A model generated the notes under the pieces. It was not told the DNA's origin. It ran no database searches and worked only from the letters and a program-made list of their open reading frames with translations. Source: Chloroflexota bacterium (GTDB lineage Bacteria > Chloroflexota > UBA11872 > UBA12225). Taken from it: a stretch of DNA of 64,000 nucleotides. Location: positions 62,194 through 126,193 of the forward strand of contig JAUJOR010000003.1 of NCBI GenBank assembly GCA_030447525.1. The letters are read 5' to 3'. Each line of letters starts with the position of its first letter. Position 1 is the first letter of the stretch. A program made the translations under genes and the position numbers. Shown one piece after another: positions 1 to 9,654 of the stretch.

Positions 1-266
1 CGGCGAATCGCGCGCTGTACGACGGCTGGTACGACGAGACGCTCAAGACCCCGGGGATGGCGCCGTCGCGGGCGGAGCTGCGCTCGGTGATGGAGGGAGC
101 GATGGCCACCGGCTTCGCGTCGCCAGGCAAGACGCTGCACCGCCAGCGCGACATCCAGAGCGCGTTTGCACAGGCATTTGCCCCGATCAGGAACGCCGAG
201 CAGCCGGCGTCGATCGGGCTGCGCGAGGTACAGACGCAGATCGAGGCGGTGAGCCGCGAGGGTTAG
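1..266 (+). CDS. 3' end of a gene running in from upstream; possibly the C-terminus of an extracellular solute-binding protein
   Basis: Open frame from base 1 to a stop at 264-266 (ANRALYDGWYDETLKTPG...LREVQTQIEAVSREG). No start codon lies in the window. The family assignment is weak. Confidence 0.3.
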   Translation, partial: ANRALYDGWYDETLKTPGMAPSRAELRSVMEGAMATGFASPGKTLHRQRDIQSAFAQAFAPIRNAEQPASIGLREVQTQIEAVSREG

Positions 267-371
267 CCACAATACCAGTAACGTAAGGCGGCGCGATGCG
301 CGCTGCCGAAGGCGTCGTTGGGGTGGGGCGGGGGACGGTGCCCGGCGGGAGTCGTTTGCGGGGGAAGTCGC

Positions 372-851
372 TCATCTTGCGGCGCACCGCTTGCGGCGGT
401 TCTGAGCAGGGCGGGAGGCGCTCGGCCACAGGCTCATAGTGGAGCCGCCGGCAAGAAGGGGACACCCCTTGGGCGGGGTGCGCTGGGTACGGAGGATGGC
501 GCGGTTGGAGACATGGTGGCCATAGGTCCGCTGGGCCGTGATGCCGTGCTCCCGCAGGAAGTCCATGGTCATGTCCGGCGTGCGAATCAGGCTCCGCTCC
601 GCCGCCGGGAGTGAGGCGAGGAACACTCGCCAGTCAAACCAGTGGCACGGATCCCATCCGTCGGGGCATTCGCCGGTACCAAAGTAGTCGTGCCCGTCGA
701 GGTGCCACTTGCCGGTGTAGACGGTGCCGTAGCCCGCATCACGGAAGCGCTGGCCCATGTGACGTACCGTCTGGCCAAGGGGCAGGCCATTGGCCCAGGC
801 GCCGGTGTTGTGCGGGTACTGCCCGGTGAAGAGGGCGGCCCTCTCGGTCAA
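372..851 (-). pseudogene. sulfatase (arylsulfatase family) internal fragment, truncated at both ends
   Basis: The translation carries the end of sulfatase signature I (ALFTGQYPHNTG) and signature II (GYGTVYTGKWHL). The CxPxR active-site segment is missing upstream. Sequence after FLREHG degenerates, and only ~100 aa of a ~450-aa family remain. Confidence 0.5.
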
Positions 852-2200
852 AGTCGCGGCTGGCGCAGGATCTCGTTGATCGCTATGACCGCCTGCTTGA
901 TGCCATCCGGCGGGCCGATCTCACCGCGCCAGACGCCGCCCAGGTGCTTGTCCAGGGCCTCTTCCACTTCCTGGCCCCGCAGGTTGGCCGGGATGTGATT
1001 CGGCATGGCCTTGTCCATGACTTCGGCCCAGTCCTTCCATTCCGGGATGTCGCGGAGCACCTGCTCGTTGCGCCAGACATCTGGACGGCCAACAGGGCCA
1101 CCGTTCCCAGAGATGACGCGGTCGACGGCGAAGTCGCGCCCGCATGACCACTTCACCCACGCCCAGGCTTCGTCTACGTGCTTGGTAGTGCGTGTAACTC
1201 CCATGGTGTGCGTGTTCACCATGGTGCCGCGCACCCCGGTCGGGCCCTTCGGCAGCAACGTGGACCCCACCGTGAAGCTCCCTGCCAGTTGCCGGGGGGT
1301 CTGTTTAATGGCGATGGGCCAGATTGACTGCATCACCACGCGGGCCCCCACGAAGGTGAGTCCGCCGGGAGGCGCCTGCCCGGGTGCGGGCGCGGCGTAC
1401 TGACGCCGGATCATGTCGTGCTGCCACTGCACCGCCGCGAGCGCCTGCGGCGTGTCCAGCACGCACCGCGTGCCGTCCGCGGCGAGGAGGTCTCCGCCAA
1501 ATGCGCGGAGCAGCGGCATGAAGGCGAGATAACCAAACTGGCCGGCGAATCCATACTGCTCTCGCTGATCGTTGGGTCCCTTGCTCAGCTCTGTGGCGGT
1601 GTCCCGCAGCAGATCGTACGTCCAGTCCAGCGACGGCTCGGGCCGTCCGCTGCTGCTCCAGAGGTTGCGATTCCACATCAGCCCTGCCTGGCCGGGCTCC
1701 GTGATGTGCGGCAGCGAGTAGAGCTTCCCTTCCCATGTCGCCTCGTTCAGCGCGTTCTGGTAATAGTCGGTGAGGGCGAACTTGTCGGTCTTGGCCAGCG
1801 GCTCGATGGCATGGAAGACGTTCTTGCTTGCCAGCTGCTTGACATACCCCGCGCGACTCGTGGCCCAGGCGGCGTCTCCCAGCTCGCCGGCTGAATGCAC
1901 CACCAGCACCTTGGTTATGTACTCCGGTGGTGAACCGCTGATCACATCCAGGTCGAGCGTCACGTGCGGCAGCTGGGCTTCGAAGTCCGCCTTGCGCAGC
2001 AAGAAGTACTTGTCCAGGTCGGTGCCGGTTCGGGTATGGACGCGCAATGCGACCGGCGCCTTTGCCTTTTGCTTGCCATCTGACGATGCGGGCTGCGCGG
2101 CGCCACCGCCAGGGGCGCCACAGGCTGCCAGGATAACCACATGAGCGGCGAGCGTCCCCAGGGACTTTCGCCGGCTCAGGCCCTTTAGACTCCGTCCCAT
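848..2200 (-). CDS. ABC transporter extracellular solute-binding protein (family 1, sugar type), lipoprotein
   Basis: 451 codons from the internal Met MGRSLKGLSRRKSLGTLAAHVVILAACG. Signal peptide plus lipobox-like Cys are present. Length and composition are typical of SBP_bac_1. The ORF table extends the frame to 2281. Confidence 0.75.
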   Translation of the reverse strand: MGRSLKGLSRRKSLGTLAAHVVILAACGAPGGGAAQPASSDGKQKAKAPVALRVHTRTGTDLDKYFLLRKADFEAQLPHVTLDLDVISGSPPEYITKVLVVHSAGELGDAAWATSRAGYVKQLASKNVFHAIEPLAKTDKFALTDYYQNALNEATWEGKLYSLPHITEPGQAGLMWNRNLWSSSGRPEPSLDWTYDLLRDTATELSKGPNDQREQYGFAGQFGYLAFMPLLRAFGGDLLAADGTRCVLDTPQALAAVQWQHDMIRRQYAAPAPGQAPPGGLTFVGARVVMQSIWPIAIKQTPRQLAGSFTVGSTLLPKGPTGVRGTMVNTHTMGVTRTTKHVDEAWAWVKWSCGRDFAVDRVISGNGGPVGRPDVWRNEQVLRDIPEWKDWAEVMDKAMPNHIPANLRGQEVEEALDKHLGGVWRGEIGPPDGIKQAVIAINEILRQPRL

Positions 2201-2685
2201 CGCCTCGCAGGCCCCCGTCTCTGGCTCCATAACCTGTCCTCCCGCGGGGACATAGTATGGAGCCCGCCGTTCGCTACGCAAGACCTCGCTGAGCGGTGCG
2301 CTACCGGCGTCTGGGCGTGGGCGATCCGCATTGGCTTCTGGGGCCAGCGCGCGCTCCAGGAGCGCGCAGACTTATTCCTGTCCCCCCACACCGGCTTCGC
2401 CTTCCTCGGACCAGGCGTCGGCACCTGGTGGCTGACGCTCTCCGGAGGCACGTACAGCGAGAACGTCTACAACGGCATGCCGTTCTTCCGCGTCCTGCCG
2501 GACAACCCGGAGTACCCCTACGGGAATCGACTCGGCATACGCTATGGGACGAGGCGCCCACGAGTCCCGTGCATGCCCCTGGAGCGCCTGGAGAAGAAGA
2601 TGCTTACGACAGTGGAGGGCGCACGTGCTGACCTCCTGCGGCGGGATCCGCGCATCCACACCGCACCCCAGGGAGCGGATGCGCC

Positions 2686-3327
2686 ATGAGCGACATTTTT
2701 CAATCCAGCTGCTACAGGAATCCACACTCGTGGTACGGTCTACTTGCAGGAGATGCCGGCGAGAGGAGCGTGACGCACGTGGCGATCGAGATGGTGATCC
2801 ACGCCCTGGGCCAAGCGGCCGGATCTGGGGATCCGCTGGTCCTGCTCAAGGAAGCGACCGGCGAGCGCTACCTGGTCATCGGCATCGGGCCCCTGGAGGT
2901 CATGGGGATCGCCGCCGCCCTGTCTGGCGCGTCGCCCCCGCGGCCGATGACGCACGATCTGCTCTGCAGCGCCATCGCCACCTGCGGCGCCCAGGTGACG
3001 CACACGGTGATCCACGCCCTCGTTGATGGCGCCTTCCACGCCCGCCTCGTCCTCGACGTCCAGGGCCGGCACGCCGAGCTGGACTCGCGCTCGTCCGATG
3101 CCATCGCCGTCGCGGTGCGCGTCGGCCTCCCCATCCTGGTCGAGGAAGCCGTCCTGGAGCAGGCCGGCGTCACGCCGCGGTCCGAGTCCGGCGCACCGGA
3201 CGCCCCCGCCGGGCGGGCCGAGCCGAGCGGCCAGGAGCGCATCGGTGAGGAACAGCTCGGCGCCTTCCGCGACGTGCTCCGCGGTCTCGACCTCGACGAC
3301 CTCGGCCGCCCTGGACCACCGGGCTAA
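2686..3327 (+). CDS. bifunctional nuclease family protein (DUF151)
   Basis: Motifs match DUF151: PLVLLKEATGERYLVIGIG..EVMGIAAAL.G..PPRPMTHDL and DSRSSDAIAVAVRVGLPILVEE. The true start may be an internal GTG or ATG near 2770-2785. Confidence 0.7.
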   Translation: MSDIFQSSCYRNPHSWYGLLAGDAGERSVTHVAIEMVIHALGQAAGSGDPLVLLKEATGERYLVIGIGPLEVMGIAAALSGASPPRPMTHDLLCSAIATCGAQVTHTVIHALVDGAFHARLVLDVQGRHAELDSRSSDAIAVAVRVGLPILVEEAVLEQAGVTPRSESGAPDAPAGRAEPSGQERIGEEQLGAFRDVLRGLDLDDLGRPGPPG

Positions 3328-3364
3328 AGGCAGCTTCGGTAGTGCCGTCGACGCCGGCTTCGTT

Positions 3365-3766
3365 GTGGTCTCCCGGCCCGGGGTGCTGTCGAGCGTCAGG
3401 AAGGTGCGGTTCTCCAGCGATCTCGACCGGCGCGACGCCGGCCTGTTCCTCCATCACCGCTACCGCGACGTGGCCGCCAATGACGGCCCCGAGTGGAAGA
3501 TCGATATGTGGCCGCTCGCCGAGGACTACGCCAGTCAAAGATCATCCGGCTTGGTGAAGCCGATGCGCCGGGGCCTGGACTCCGAGACGCGCGCGGCCAT
3601 CCTCAGCGTCAAGGAAACCTATCTGGGGAGAGAAGACGTGCACGGGATCGACGTCTACCGCGCCGTGCTGGACGGCGGCGTGAGCACGGCCGGCGAGTGC
3701 GACACCTGGTTCGTCGCGCGCGGCCCTACTGGCCTCACGGACCAGCAACCCCGCGCCCGGCCGTGA
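3365..3766 (+). CDS. hypothetical protein, possibly a C-terminal fragment of a nucleotidyltransferase-like protein
   Basis: Reading frame after the DUF151 gene stop; GTG at 3365. Protein-like segment WKIDMWPLAEDY...AILSVKETYLGREDVHGIDVYRAVL. The stop overlaps the next start (GTGA). Confidence 0.3.
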   Translation: MVSRPGVLSSVRKVRFSSDLDRRDAGLFLHHRYRDVAANDGPEWKIDMWPLAEDYASQRSSGLVKPMRRGLDSETRAAILSVKETYLGREDVHGIDVYRAVLDGGVSTAGECDTWFVARGPTGLTDQQPRARP

Positions 3767-4104
3767 CCATCAGAGAGGTGAATGGCGACGGCCCGCCGGC
3801 GGCCGATCCCGCCGGGGCGTGGTCACCGCTGTCCGCCAGCGACGTCAGCCGCATGTTCCGCGGCGCCGCGTTCCCGTGGTGGATGGCCGGGGGCTGGGCG
3901 ATCGACCTCTTCGTCGGGCGACAGACCCGCCGGCACGCCGACACCGACGTGCTGGTGCTCCGCCGGGACCAGTTGGCCGCCCAGTCCCTGCTCGCCGCCG
4001 GCGCCGGCTGGGAGCTCTACGCCGCCGATCCTCCGGGAGTGCTGCGTGCCTGGCGGCGAGGCGAGTGGCTGCCCCGCCTCCTACAGACCACGCACTCGCC
4101 CTAA
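3763..4104 (+). pseudogene. aminoglycoside-2''-adenylyltransferase-like nucleotidyltransferase, N-terminal fragment
   Basis: FPWWMAGGWAIDLFVGRQTRRHADTDVLV is characteristic of the AadB-like nucleotidyltransferase fold. The ORF ends after ~113 aa where the family is ~180 aa. Confidence 0.35.
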
Positions 4105-4352
4105 CCGGGTTTCCGTTCCGGTGGCGTGCGTGGAGATCGCGAGCAAATTGACTTCATAACCCAGCCAGGCACGCCGCTATGGGCCCGACAAGCCCATGTC
4201 GCCGTTGGACCGCACCAGGTACGGAGTCACTTGCACATTCCGGGAACTCTGTGCGCCAGGGCAGGGAAGACTGGCACGCAGAGACACGTCATCGGTAATG
4301 TTTCGCCCGCTGCATCGTCACGGACAGCCACGAGCGGTCCGTGGTCACGGGC

Positions 4353-4697
4353 CTACCACGGCGGAGATCGCCGCCCGCCGAGCCGACCCACGTCCCTGAC
4401 GGAGAGCTGAAAGCGGCGACCGTGCCACCGCCAAATCGGCAGGTCCAGCAACCAGGCGAAGGTTTCGTCGGGCACCTCCTCGACTGGGAGATCAAGCTGC
4501 CAGAGCGTCTCCTCGGTCCAACCGACCAGCGGGAAGGCCGCTGGATCAGGGAATGCTTCCCGGACGCGTAACGGCATCGACGCCAAGAGTTGCTCCGGCG
4601 TCACCCGGGGGGCGTCGAGGGGATCAACATCGGCTGTTCCACAGTCCATCGGACGAAGGATACCCACGGTGCGGCGCTGGGTCAGCCACGACCGCAC
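4353..4697 (-). CDS. hypothetical protein (possibly a gene fragment)
   Basis: 114-aa ORF with protein-like composition (LVGWTEETLWQLDLPVEEVPDETFAWLLDLPIWRW). No recognisable domain. Confidence 0.2.
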   Translation of the reverse strand: MRSWLTQRRTVGILRPMDCGTADVDPLDAPRVTPEQLLASMPLRVREAFPDPAAFPLVGWTEETLWQLDLPVEEVPDETFAWLLDLPIWRWHGRRFQLSVRDVGRLGGRRSPPW

Positions 4698-5074
4698 CGA
4701 CGAGGCCCACCCCTACCGGGCTCAGGGGCTGCCGCTCTCCGACGAGCACCTGCGCCACCTCGGCGTGCCGGAGTTCGGGGCCGACGGCAGCGACGCGGCC
4801 GGCCGCGAGAAGCAGGAGGCGCCGCCGCGCCGAGCGAGTTCTGCGAGCGTACACATCGTCTAATATGGGGAAGCGCTATGCCCCGACATCGTGGGCCGTA
4901 TCGCGCTGCTGCCGGACGATCTGACCGCGTGCCGGTTCTGCGGTGCCGAGGAAGCGCACCGGCTGCTGAGCCGCCCATTGGCGGCGCGCCTGACGGAGGC
5001 CCTCTCGGCCGCCGCCCAGACAGATACTGTATACATGGAAGAGGGAAAGGTCTGGGCGCACCCCGCGTGATGAC

Positions 5075-5953
5075 ATGACCTGGCCGTTCGATCCCGAGGA
5101 GTCGTTCGTCACACCGGCGCGGGCGGTGGAACTGGAGGGGGAGCGGCGCGGGCTCACCCCCGAAGAGTTCGCCCTCCCGTCCACTATGGTCGCCACGTTC
5201 CAGGGGGGAGCGTACCGCCGGCTCCTCGAGCGCGCCGGCGCCGCTGGCTCCGGTGATGCGGGTCCTGGGGCGGATTCACCCGCCGCCTCTCCGCCGGCGC
5301 CGGGCCGCGCCGCGGAGCAGTCGCAGCCCGCCGGTGTCTCCCTGCGCGGGGAGAGCGCAGTCGGCGCGGTGGGTGACGCGCCCGTGCGCGTCGCCCGCAT
5401 CAGCGTCGGCGCACCGGCAGCGGCGCTGGCGCTGGAAGGGGCCATTGCCCGCGGCGTGCGCAACGTGCTCGTGGTGGGCTCCGCCGGGAGCCTCCAGCGC
5501 CACCTGCCCATGGGGACGACGGTTGTGGTCGATGGCGCCGAGCGCGAGGACGGCACGTCCCACCACTACCTCCCCGCGGGCGAGATCGTCCGCGCCGATC
5601 CCGAGCTCTCGGCGCTCCTCGAGTCTACCGCCCGTGCGCGCGGCGCCTCGCCCGTCCGTGGGCGCTCGTGGACAATCGACGCGCCCTACCGGGAAACCGT
5701 CGGCGCTATCCGGCGCCACCGCCAGGCCGGCGTCGCCGTCGTGGAAATGGAAGCCGCCGCCATCTTCGCCGTTGCGCGCGTCCGCGGGATCCGCGCCGCC
5801 TTGGTGGTCGCCGTGTCCGACACGCTCTTCGACGAGTGGGTCCCCGCCTTCCACCACCTCACCTACGTGCAAGCCCTCACCCAAGCCGCCGACGCTGCGA
5901 TGGACGCAGCCGCTGCGCTCGCTTCTGTCACCGCTCGGGAGGCGGGGACGTAG
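5075..5953 (+). CDS. nucleoside phosphorylase family protein (PNP_UDP_1 fold)
   Basis: VRNVLVVGSAGSL...GIRAALVVAVSD and VVEMEAAAIFAVA are typical of phosphorylase family 1. It has a ~90-aa Ala/Pro-rich N-terminal extension. Confidence 0.65.
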   Translation: MTWPFDPEESFVTPARAVELEGERRGLTPEEFALPSTMVATFQGGAYRRLLERAGAAGSGDAGPGADSPAASPPAPGRAAEQSQPAGVSLRGESAVGAVGDAPVRVARISVGAPAAALALEGAIARGVRNVLVVGSAGSLQRHLPMGTTVVVDGAEREDGTSHHYLPAGEIVRADPELSALLESTARARGASPVRGRSWTIDAPYRETVGAIRRHRQAGVAVVEMEAAAIFAVARVRGIRAALVVAVSDTLFDEWVPAFHHLTYVQALTQAADAAMDAAAALASVTAREAGT

Positions 5954-6477
5954 CCAAAGCCCGTGCCCAACGGCAGCGCGCCGACGGCGCGCTGGAAGCC
6001 GACGATCTGCTGCGCCAGCACGGCCAGCTCCTCGCGGGTCATCTCCGGCAGGGCGTCTCGTAGGTCGCGTCCGGGGATCTTGTTCAAGATGACGAACGCT
6101 ACCGGATAGCGACCCAGCGACAGATCGCAGGCGAGCACGTGCGGTACCGGCAGCCCCAGCGCCCGCAGCGTCGCCAGGTTGCGCTCGGTGCCGGCAAAGA
6201 CGCGCGGATGGGGGTTGAGCCGCACGACCACGCTCCGGTCGGGAAGCGCCACGTCGTACACCTGGCTGGAGTGCCCCAAGGTCATGTGCTCCACGCCGGT
6301 GGCGTCCACACCGAACGCCTCGCGGACGATCTGGCGCACGAACGCCTCCAGGTCCACCACCAACGCCCCTTTGTAATGTAGCTTCACCGACCAGCGACGG
6401 ACAGACAAGGCCCAGGCAAACGTGGAACACCAAGACCGAGCCAGAACCACTTGACAGCCGGCACTTACACCCGCCAC
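5863..6477 (-). pseudogene. phosphotransferase-enzyme-family (APH-like) N-terminal fragment
   Basis: HSSQVYDVALPDRSVVVRLNP...LRALGLPVPHVL resembles an APH N-lobe. No catalytic-loop or DFG-region sequence follows. The 3' end overlaps the phosphorylase gene by ~90 nt. Confidence 0.4.
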
Positions 6478-6518
6478 CGGGCGGCGGCGAGGGCACCTGG
6501 GACTCCACCGTTGCAGAC

Positions 6519-6887
6519 GTGGTCGCCGCCGTCCACTGGTCCGGCGCCAAACGCCCGTTGCTCGTTGGCGCCTCCTGGGGCGTCAAGATTGCCCTGGTGT
6601 ATGCCGCGCGAGGTTTCCCCTGTGCGGGGATCGTCTGCGTCGACGGCATGGCTAACGGTGACAGCGGCAGCCCGCACGAGGACGTCTACGACCGCGTGCC
6701 GTGCCCGATTCACCTGGTGATCACCGAGCGCGGCGTCTACCCGCCCTCTGGCGCCGAGGCGTTCGCGCGGCGCCACCCACAGCTCCCCCTGACATGGTTC
6801 CCCACGACACACGGAGTGGAGGAAGAAGCGCCCGCCGAACTCGCCGCGCTCATCCTCGCGTTTGCTGCCGAAGCCCAGCCAGAGTAG
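6519..6887 (+). pseudogene. alpha/beta hydrolase C-terminal fragment
   Basis: Nucleophile-elbow motif GASWG (GxSxG) and LLVGASWGVKIALVYAA are present. There is no upstream N-terminal domain; the ORF starts at a GTG within the fold. Confidence 0.4.
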
Positions 6888-6917
6888 CCGCCAAGCCAGG
6901 GACGGGAGCGACGCGGC

Positions 6918-7274
6918 TCAGCGGCGCGTGGTGTCGCCCAAGGGTTTCTTCCAGGCCAGACCGGCGAAGCGGCCGAAGTCCGAGTCGCTGGGCAGGATCA
7001 CTCCGGTCGCCGGCCGCGGCGACGGCGGCGGCGCGCGACGCCGACGAACGCGGGCGCCTCCAGGTCGTCGGCGAGCTGTCCCAGCTTGTCGGGGTCGATC
7101 CCCGGCCTGAGCCCGAGGGCGCGCGCCGGTGTGCGAAACGGCGTCCGCCGCGCCGGCGCGCAGACCCAGGCGGATCACCGTGTTGACCACCTGCTTGAAT
7201 GGCAGTCGCTGGCGCTCCGCCTCTTCCCGCAGCTGGGCCGCGACGTCGTCGTCGAGCGTGAGCGTCGTGCGCAT
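6918..7274 (-). pseudogene. VapB-like ribbon-helix-helix antitoxin fused in-frame to a VapC (PIN) C-terminal remnant
   Basis: N-terminus MRTTLTLDDDVAAQLREEAERQRLPFKQVVNTVIRLGL is an RHH/CopG-type antitoxin. The C-terminus VILPSDSDFGRFAGLAWKKPL resembles a VapC C-terminal tail (..tRN..DFaR.pGL..vnPw). The ~50 aa between are low complexity. No intact PIN domain appears in any frame. Confidence 0.45.
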
Positions 7275-7444
7275 GCACACATCATGATGCACCGGTGGTC
7301 AGGCATCAAGATGCCGCATTCACTCGAGACTGAGTCAGGCGTCAGCATGTGCACCGGCGTATGCGCAGCCGCGTCGACGGCCGACTGGCCAACTCTCCCA
7401 AGGCGGGATCAACCCATACTCCCTCGGTCACGCCGCCTTGCGCT

Positions 7445-7837
7445 TCACCAGCAGCCGAGCGCCACGTGCCGGGCGTTGCCCAGAGCACTTCTGCGGATCT
7501 CGTCTCGCACCCACTCGAAGCAGAGGCAGCTGACGTCGAACGGGTCACGTCGCCCGGCCGCGAGGGATCGGGCTAGCCCAAGGACGTCCGGTTCCCTCCA
7601 GTCCAGTACGTCTGTGGCGCGTAGGAATGACTCCATGGCCGCGTCTGCCGCGAGAGCCGTTGTCTGCCTCATGTCCTGACACCGGCGGGGACGCTCACTC
7701 CCGCCGGCCGAACGCCGCCGCGGCGCCGGCTGGCTGAGCATGCGTGCTACCGCAGCCATCACACCGGTGACGGGCTGCGAGAACCCGGACCGGCCCCGGC
7801 GGTACTGGGACACAGCCCACGTTGGTGAGTCGCTCAT
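7445..7837 (-). CDS. hypothetical protein, translationally coupled to the upstream ABC exporter
   Basis: Its ATG overlaps the ABC exporter TGA in a 4-nt ATGA. 130 aa, no recognised domain. Confidence 0.4.
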   Translation of the reverse strand: MSDSPTWAVSQYRRGRSGFSQPVTGVMAAVARMLSQPAPRRRSAGGSERPRRCQDMRQTTALAADAAMESFLRATDVLDWREPDVLGLARSLAAGRRDPFDVSCLCFEWVRDEIRRSALGNARHVALGCW

Positions 7838-9654
7838 GCCGGTCGCCGCCGGCTGGCCCGGCCGGCGGTCAGCATGAACACCTGATCCGCCAGCTGCAGC
7901 ACGGCGGGGCGGTGCGAGACGGCGAGGATGGTGAGGTCGCCGCGCCGCTGCGCGAGGCGCTGCCAGAGGCGCCGCTCCGTCTCCACGTCGAGCGCGGAGG
8001 AGAGGTCGTCCACCACGAGCAGCTCGGGTTCCCGGACCAGCGCCCGCGCGGCGGCCACGCGCTGCACCTGGCCGCCGGAGAGTCGCACGCCCCGCGTGCC
8101 AATGGGCATATCCAGGCCCAGCGGAAACCCCGCCAGGTCGCGCTCCAGGACCGCGCTGCGCACGGCGCGCTCCAGGCGGGCGTCTAGCTCTCCGGGATCC
8201 TCGGGTGTGAGGCCGAGCAGCACGTTCTCCCGCAGGGTGCCCGAGAGCAGCGCCGGCGCCTGCGGCACGTACGCCGCCCGGGGCGGGACGAAGAAGTGGT
8301 CCGGTCGTTCGACGGCGAGGCCGTTCCAGAGGACGTGGCCCGCCTGCGGCTCAAGCAAGCCGAGCAGCGCGCGCAGGAGCGTGGACTTGCCCGCGCCGAT
8401 GCGCCCGGTGACGACGGTAAGCGAGCCGCGCTCCAGGACGAGCGAGACGTCCTGGATGCCGCCGCCCGATTGCGGGAAGCGCAGCGTCAGTCCCCGCACC
8501 TCCAGGCGCTCGAGGCGGTCCGCGGGTCGCTTGACGAGCGACGGCACCGGCGGCAAAGGGCCGGCGAGCGGCACCGGGTGGTGGGCGACGAGCGTCTCCG
8601 GCGGTGCGCCCTGGAGCAGGCGCAGCGCGCGGCGGAAGGCGACGCCCATCTGCTGGTAGGTGGCGACGATCCAGCTGAGGAAGCCGGTCATCTCCGCCAC
8701 CTGCATCAGATAGGTGGCAAAGAGGGCGAACTCGCCCACGGTGAACTCGCCCGAGCGGATCTGCCTCGCCGCGACGAGCAGCGTCAGCCCGGCGCCGAGC
8801 CCGGCCGTATTGCCGAAGGTGGCGTCCAGCGCGAGGCCGAGCAGCCGGTCACGCAGCATGGCGTCCCGGCGCTCGTCCCCCAGGCGGCGCAGCCGGGCCA
8901 CCACGCGGTCCTCCGCCCCCGCCACCTGGATAGCCTGCACCGCGCCAAACAGCTCGCCAAGCGATCCGGTGACGCGGGCGGTGGCGGCACGACTCTCCTC
9001 GCGCAGCCGCACCAGCCTCGTGCGCACCACGTGCCCGAGCACGATGACGGCGACGATGGGGAGGAAGACGAGCAGCGTGACGCGCGGGTCGACCCACAGC
9101 AGGATGGCGACGCCCCCGCCGGCGAAGATGGCAAAGCCCACCACGTCGCATGCCCAGCCGGCACCCCACATGGTCTCGACATCGTCACGGAAGGTGGAGA
9201 TGGCCTCGCCCGGCGTGACCGGGAGCGCGGCGGCGCCGGGGCGATCGAATATGCGCGCCAGGAGGTTGCGCTGGAGCAGGCCCCGCAGGCGAAAGCCGGC
9301 GGTAGTGCCGGCGAAGACGTCGGCGTAGACAAAGCCGGCGCGCACCAGGGCCAGGGCCACGACCAGCGCCACGATGGCGGCCAGGTCAACACCCGTAGCG
9401 CCGAGAGGTCCCAAGAGGCGGTCAGACGTGCGCCCTTCCAGCGCGTCGAAGAACGCCTTGGCCACCAGGCCCGGGAACAGCGGCCAGCTGTGGAACAGGA
9501 TCCAGCACAGGCCGCTGGCCAGCTGCGGCAGCGGGTGGTAGGTCAGGATGCGGCCCATGAACCACCAGACCGGCCGCTCCTCCTGGAGCGCTGCCGGCCC
9601 GCTGGCCGGGTGCCCAACTCCACCTACCTGACTCACGCCGTTCATGCCGGTCAT
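7834..9654 (-). CDS. ABC transporter ATP-binding/permease protein (exporter type, TMD-NBD fusion)
   Basis: 607 aa with an N-terminal six-helix TMD. Walker A GRIGAGKST, ABC signature LSGGQVQRVAAARAL and Walker B LLVVDDLSSALD are all present. Its start ATG overlaps the stop of the upstream ABC gene (ATGA). Confidence 0.85.
   Translation of the reverse strand: MTGMNGVSQVGGVGHPASGPAALQEERPVWWFMGRILTYHPLPQLASGLCWILFHSWPLFPGLVAKAFFDALEGRTSDRLLGPLGATGVDLAAIVALVVALALVRAGFVYADVFAGTTAGFRLRGLLQRNLLARIFDRPGAAALPVTPGEAISTFRDDVETMWGAGWACDVVGFAIFAGGGVAILLWVDPRVTLLVFLPIVAVIVLGHVVRTRLVRLREESRAATARVTGSLGELFGAVQAIQVAGAEDRVVARLRRLGDERRDAMLRDRLLGLALDATFGNTAGLGAGLTLLVAARQIRSGEFTVGEFALFATYLMQVAEMTGFLSWIVATYQQMGVAFRRALRLLQGAPPETLVAHHPVPLAGPLPPVPSLVKRPADRLERLEVRGLTLRFPQSGGGIQDVSLVLERGSLTVVTGRIGAGKSTLLRALLGLLEPQAGHVLWNGLAVERPDHFFVPPRAAYVPQAPALLSGTLRENVLLGLTPEDPGELDARLERAVRSAVLERDLAGFPLGLDMPIGTRGVRLSGGQVQRVAAARALVREPELLVVDDLSSALDVETERRLWQRLAQRRGDLTILAVSHRPAVLQLADQVFMLTAGRASRRRPA

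Noticed and set aside
3023-3766. Full 247-aa extent of this ORF
   Set aside because: Its first ~100 codons overlap the DUF151 gene in another frame and are Ser/Pro/Arg-rich. Only the part after the DUF151 stop was kept, as 3365-3766.
4860-5075. Small ~55-aa ORF (VGRIALLPDDLTACRFCGAEEAHRLL...) upstream of the phosphorylase gene
   Set aside because: No start codon with an RBS, no recognisable family, and it overlaps two other shadow frames. Too weak to report as a feature.
5276-6649. 457-aa minus-strand ORF
   Set aside because: Low-complexity Arg/Gly/Pro translation antisense to the phosphorylase and spanning several fragment boundaries. Not coding.
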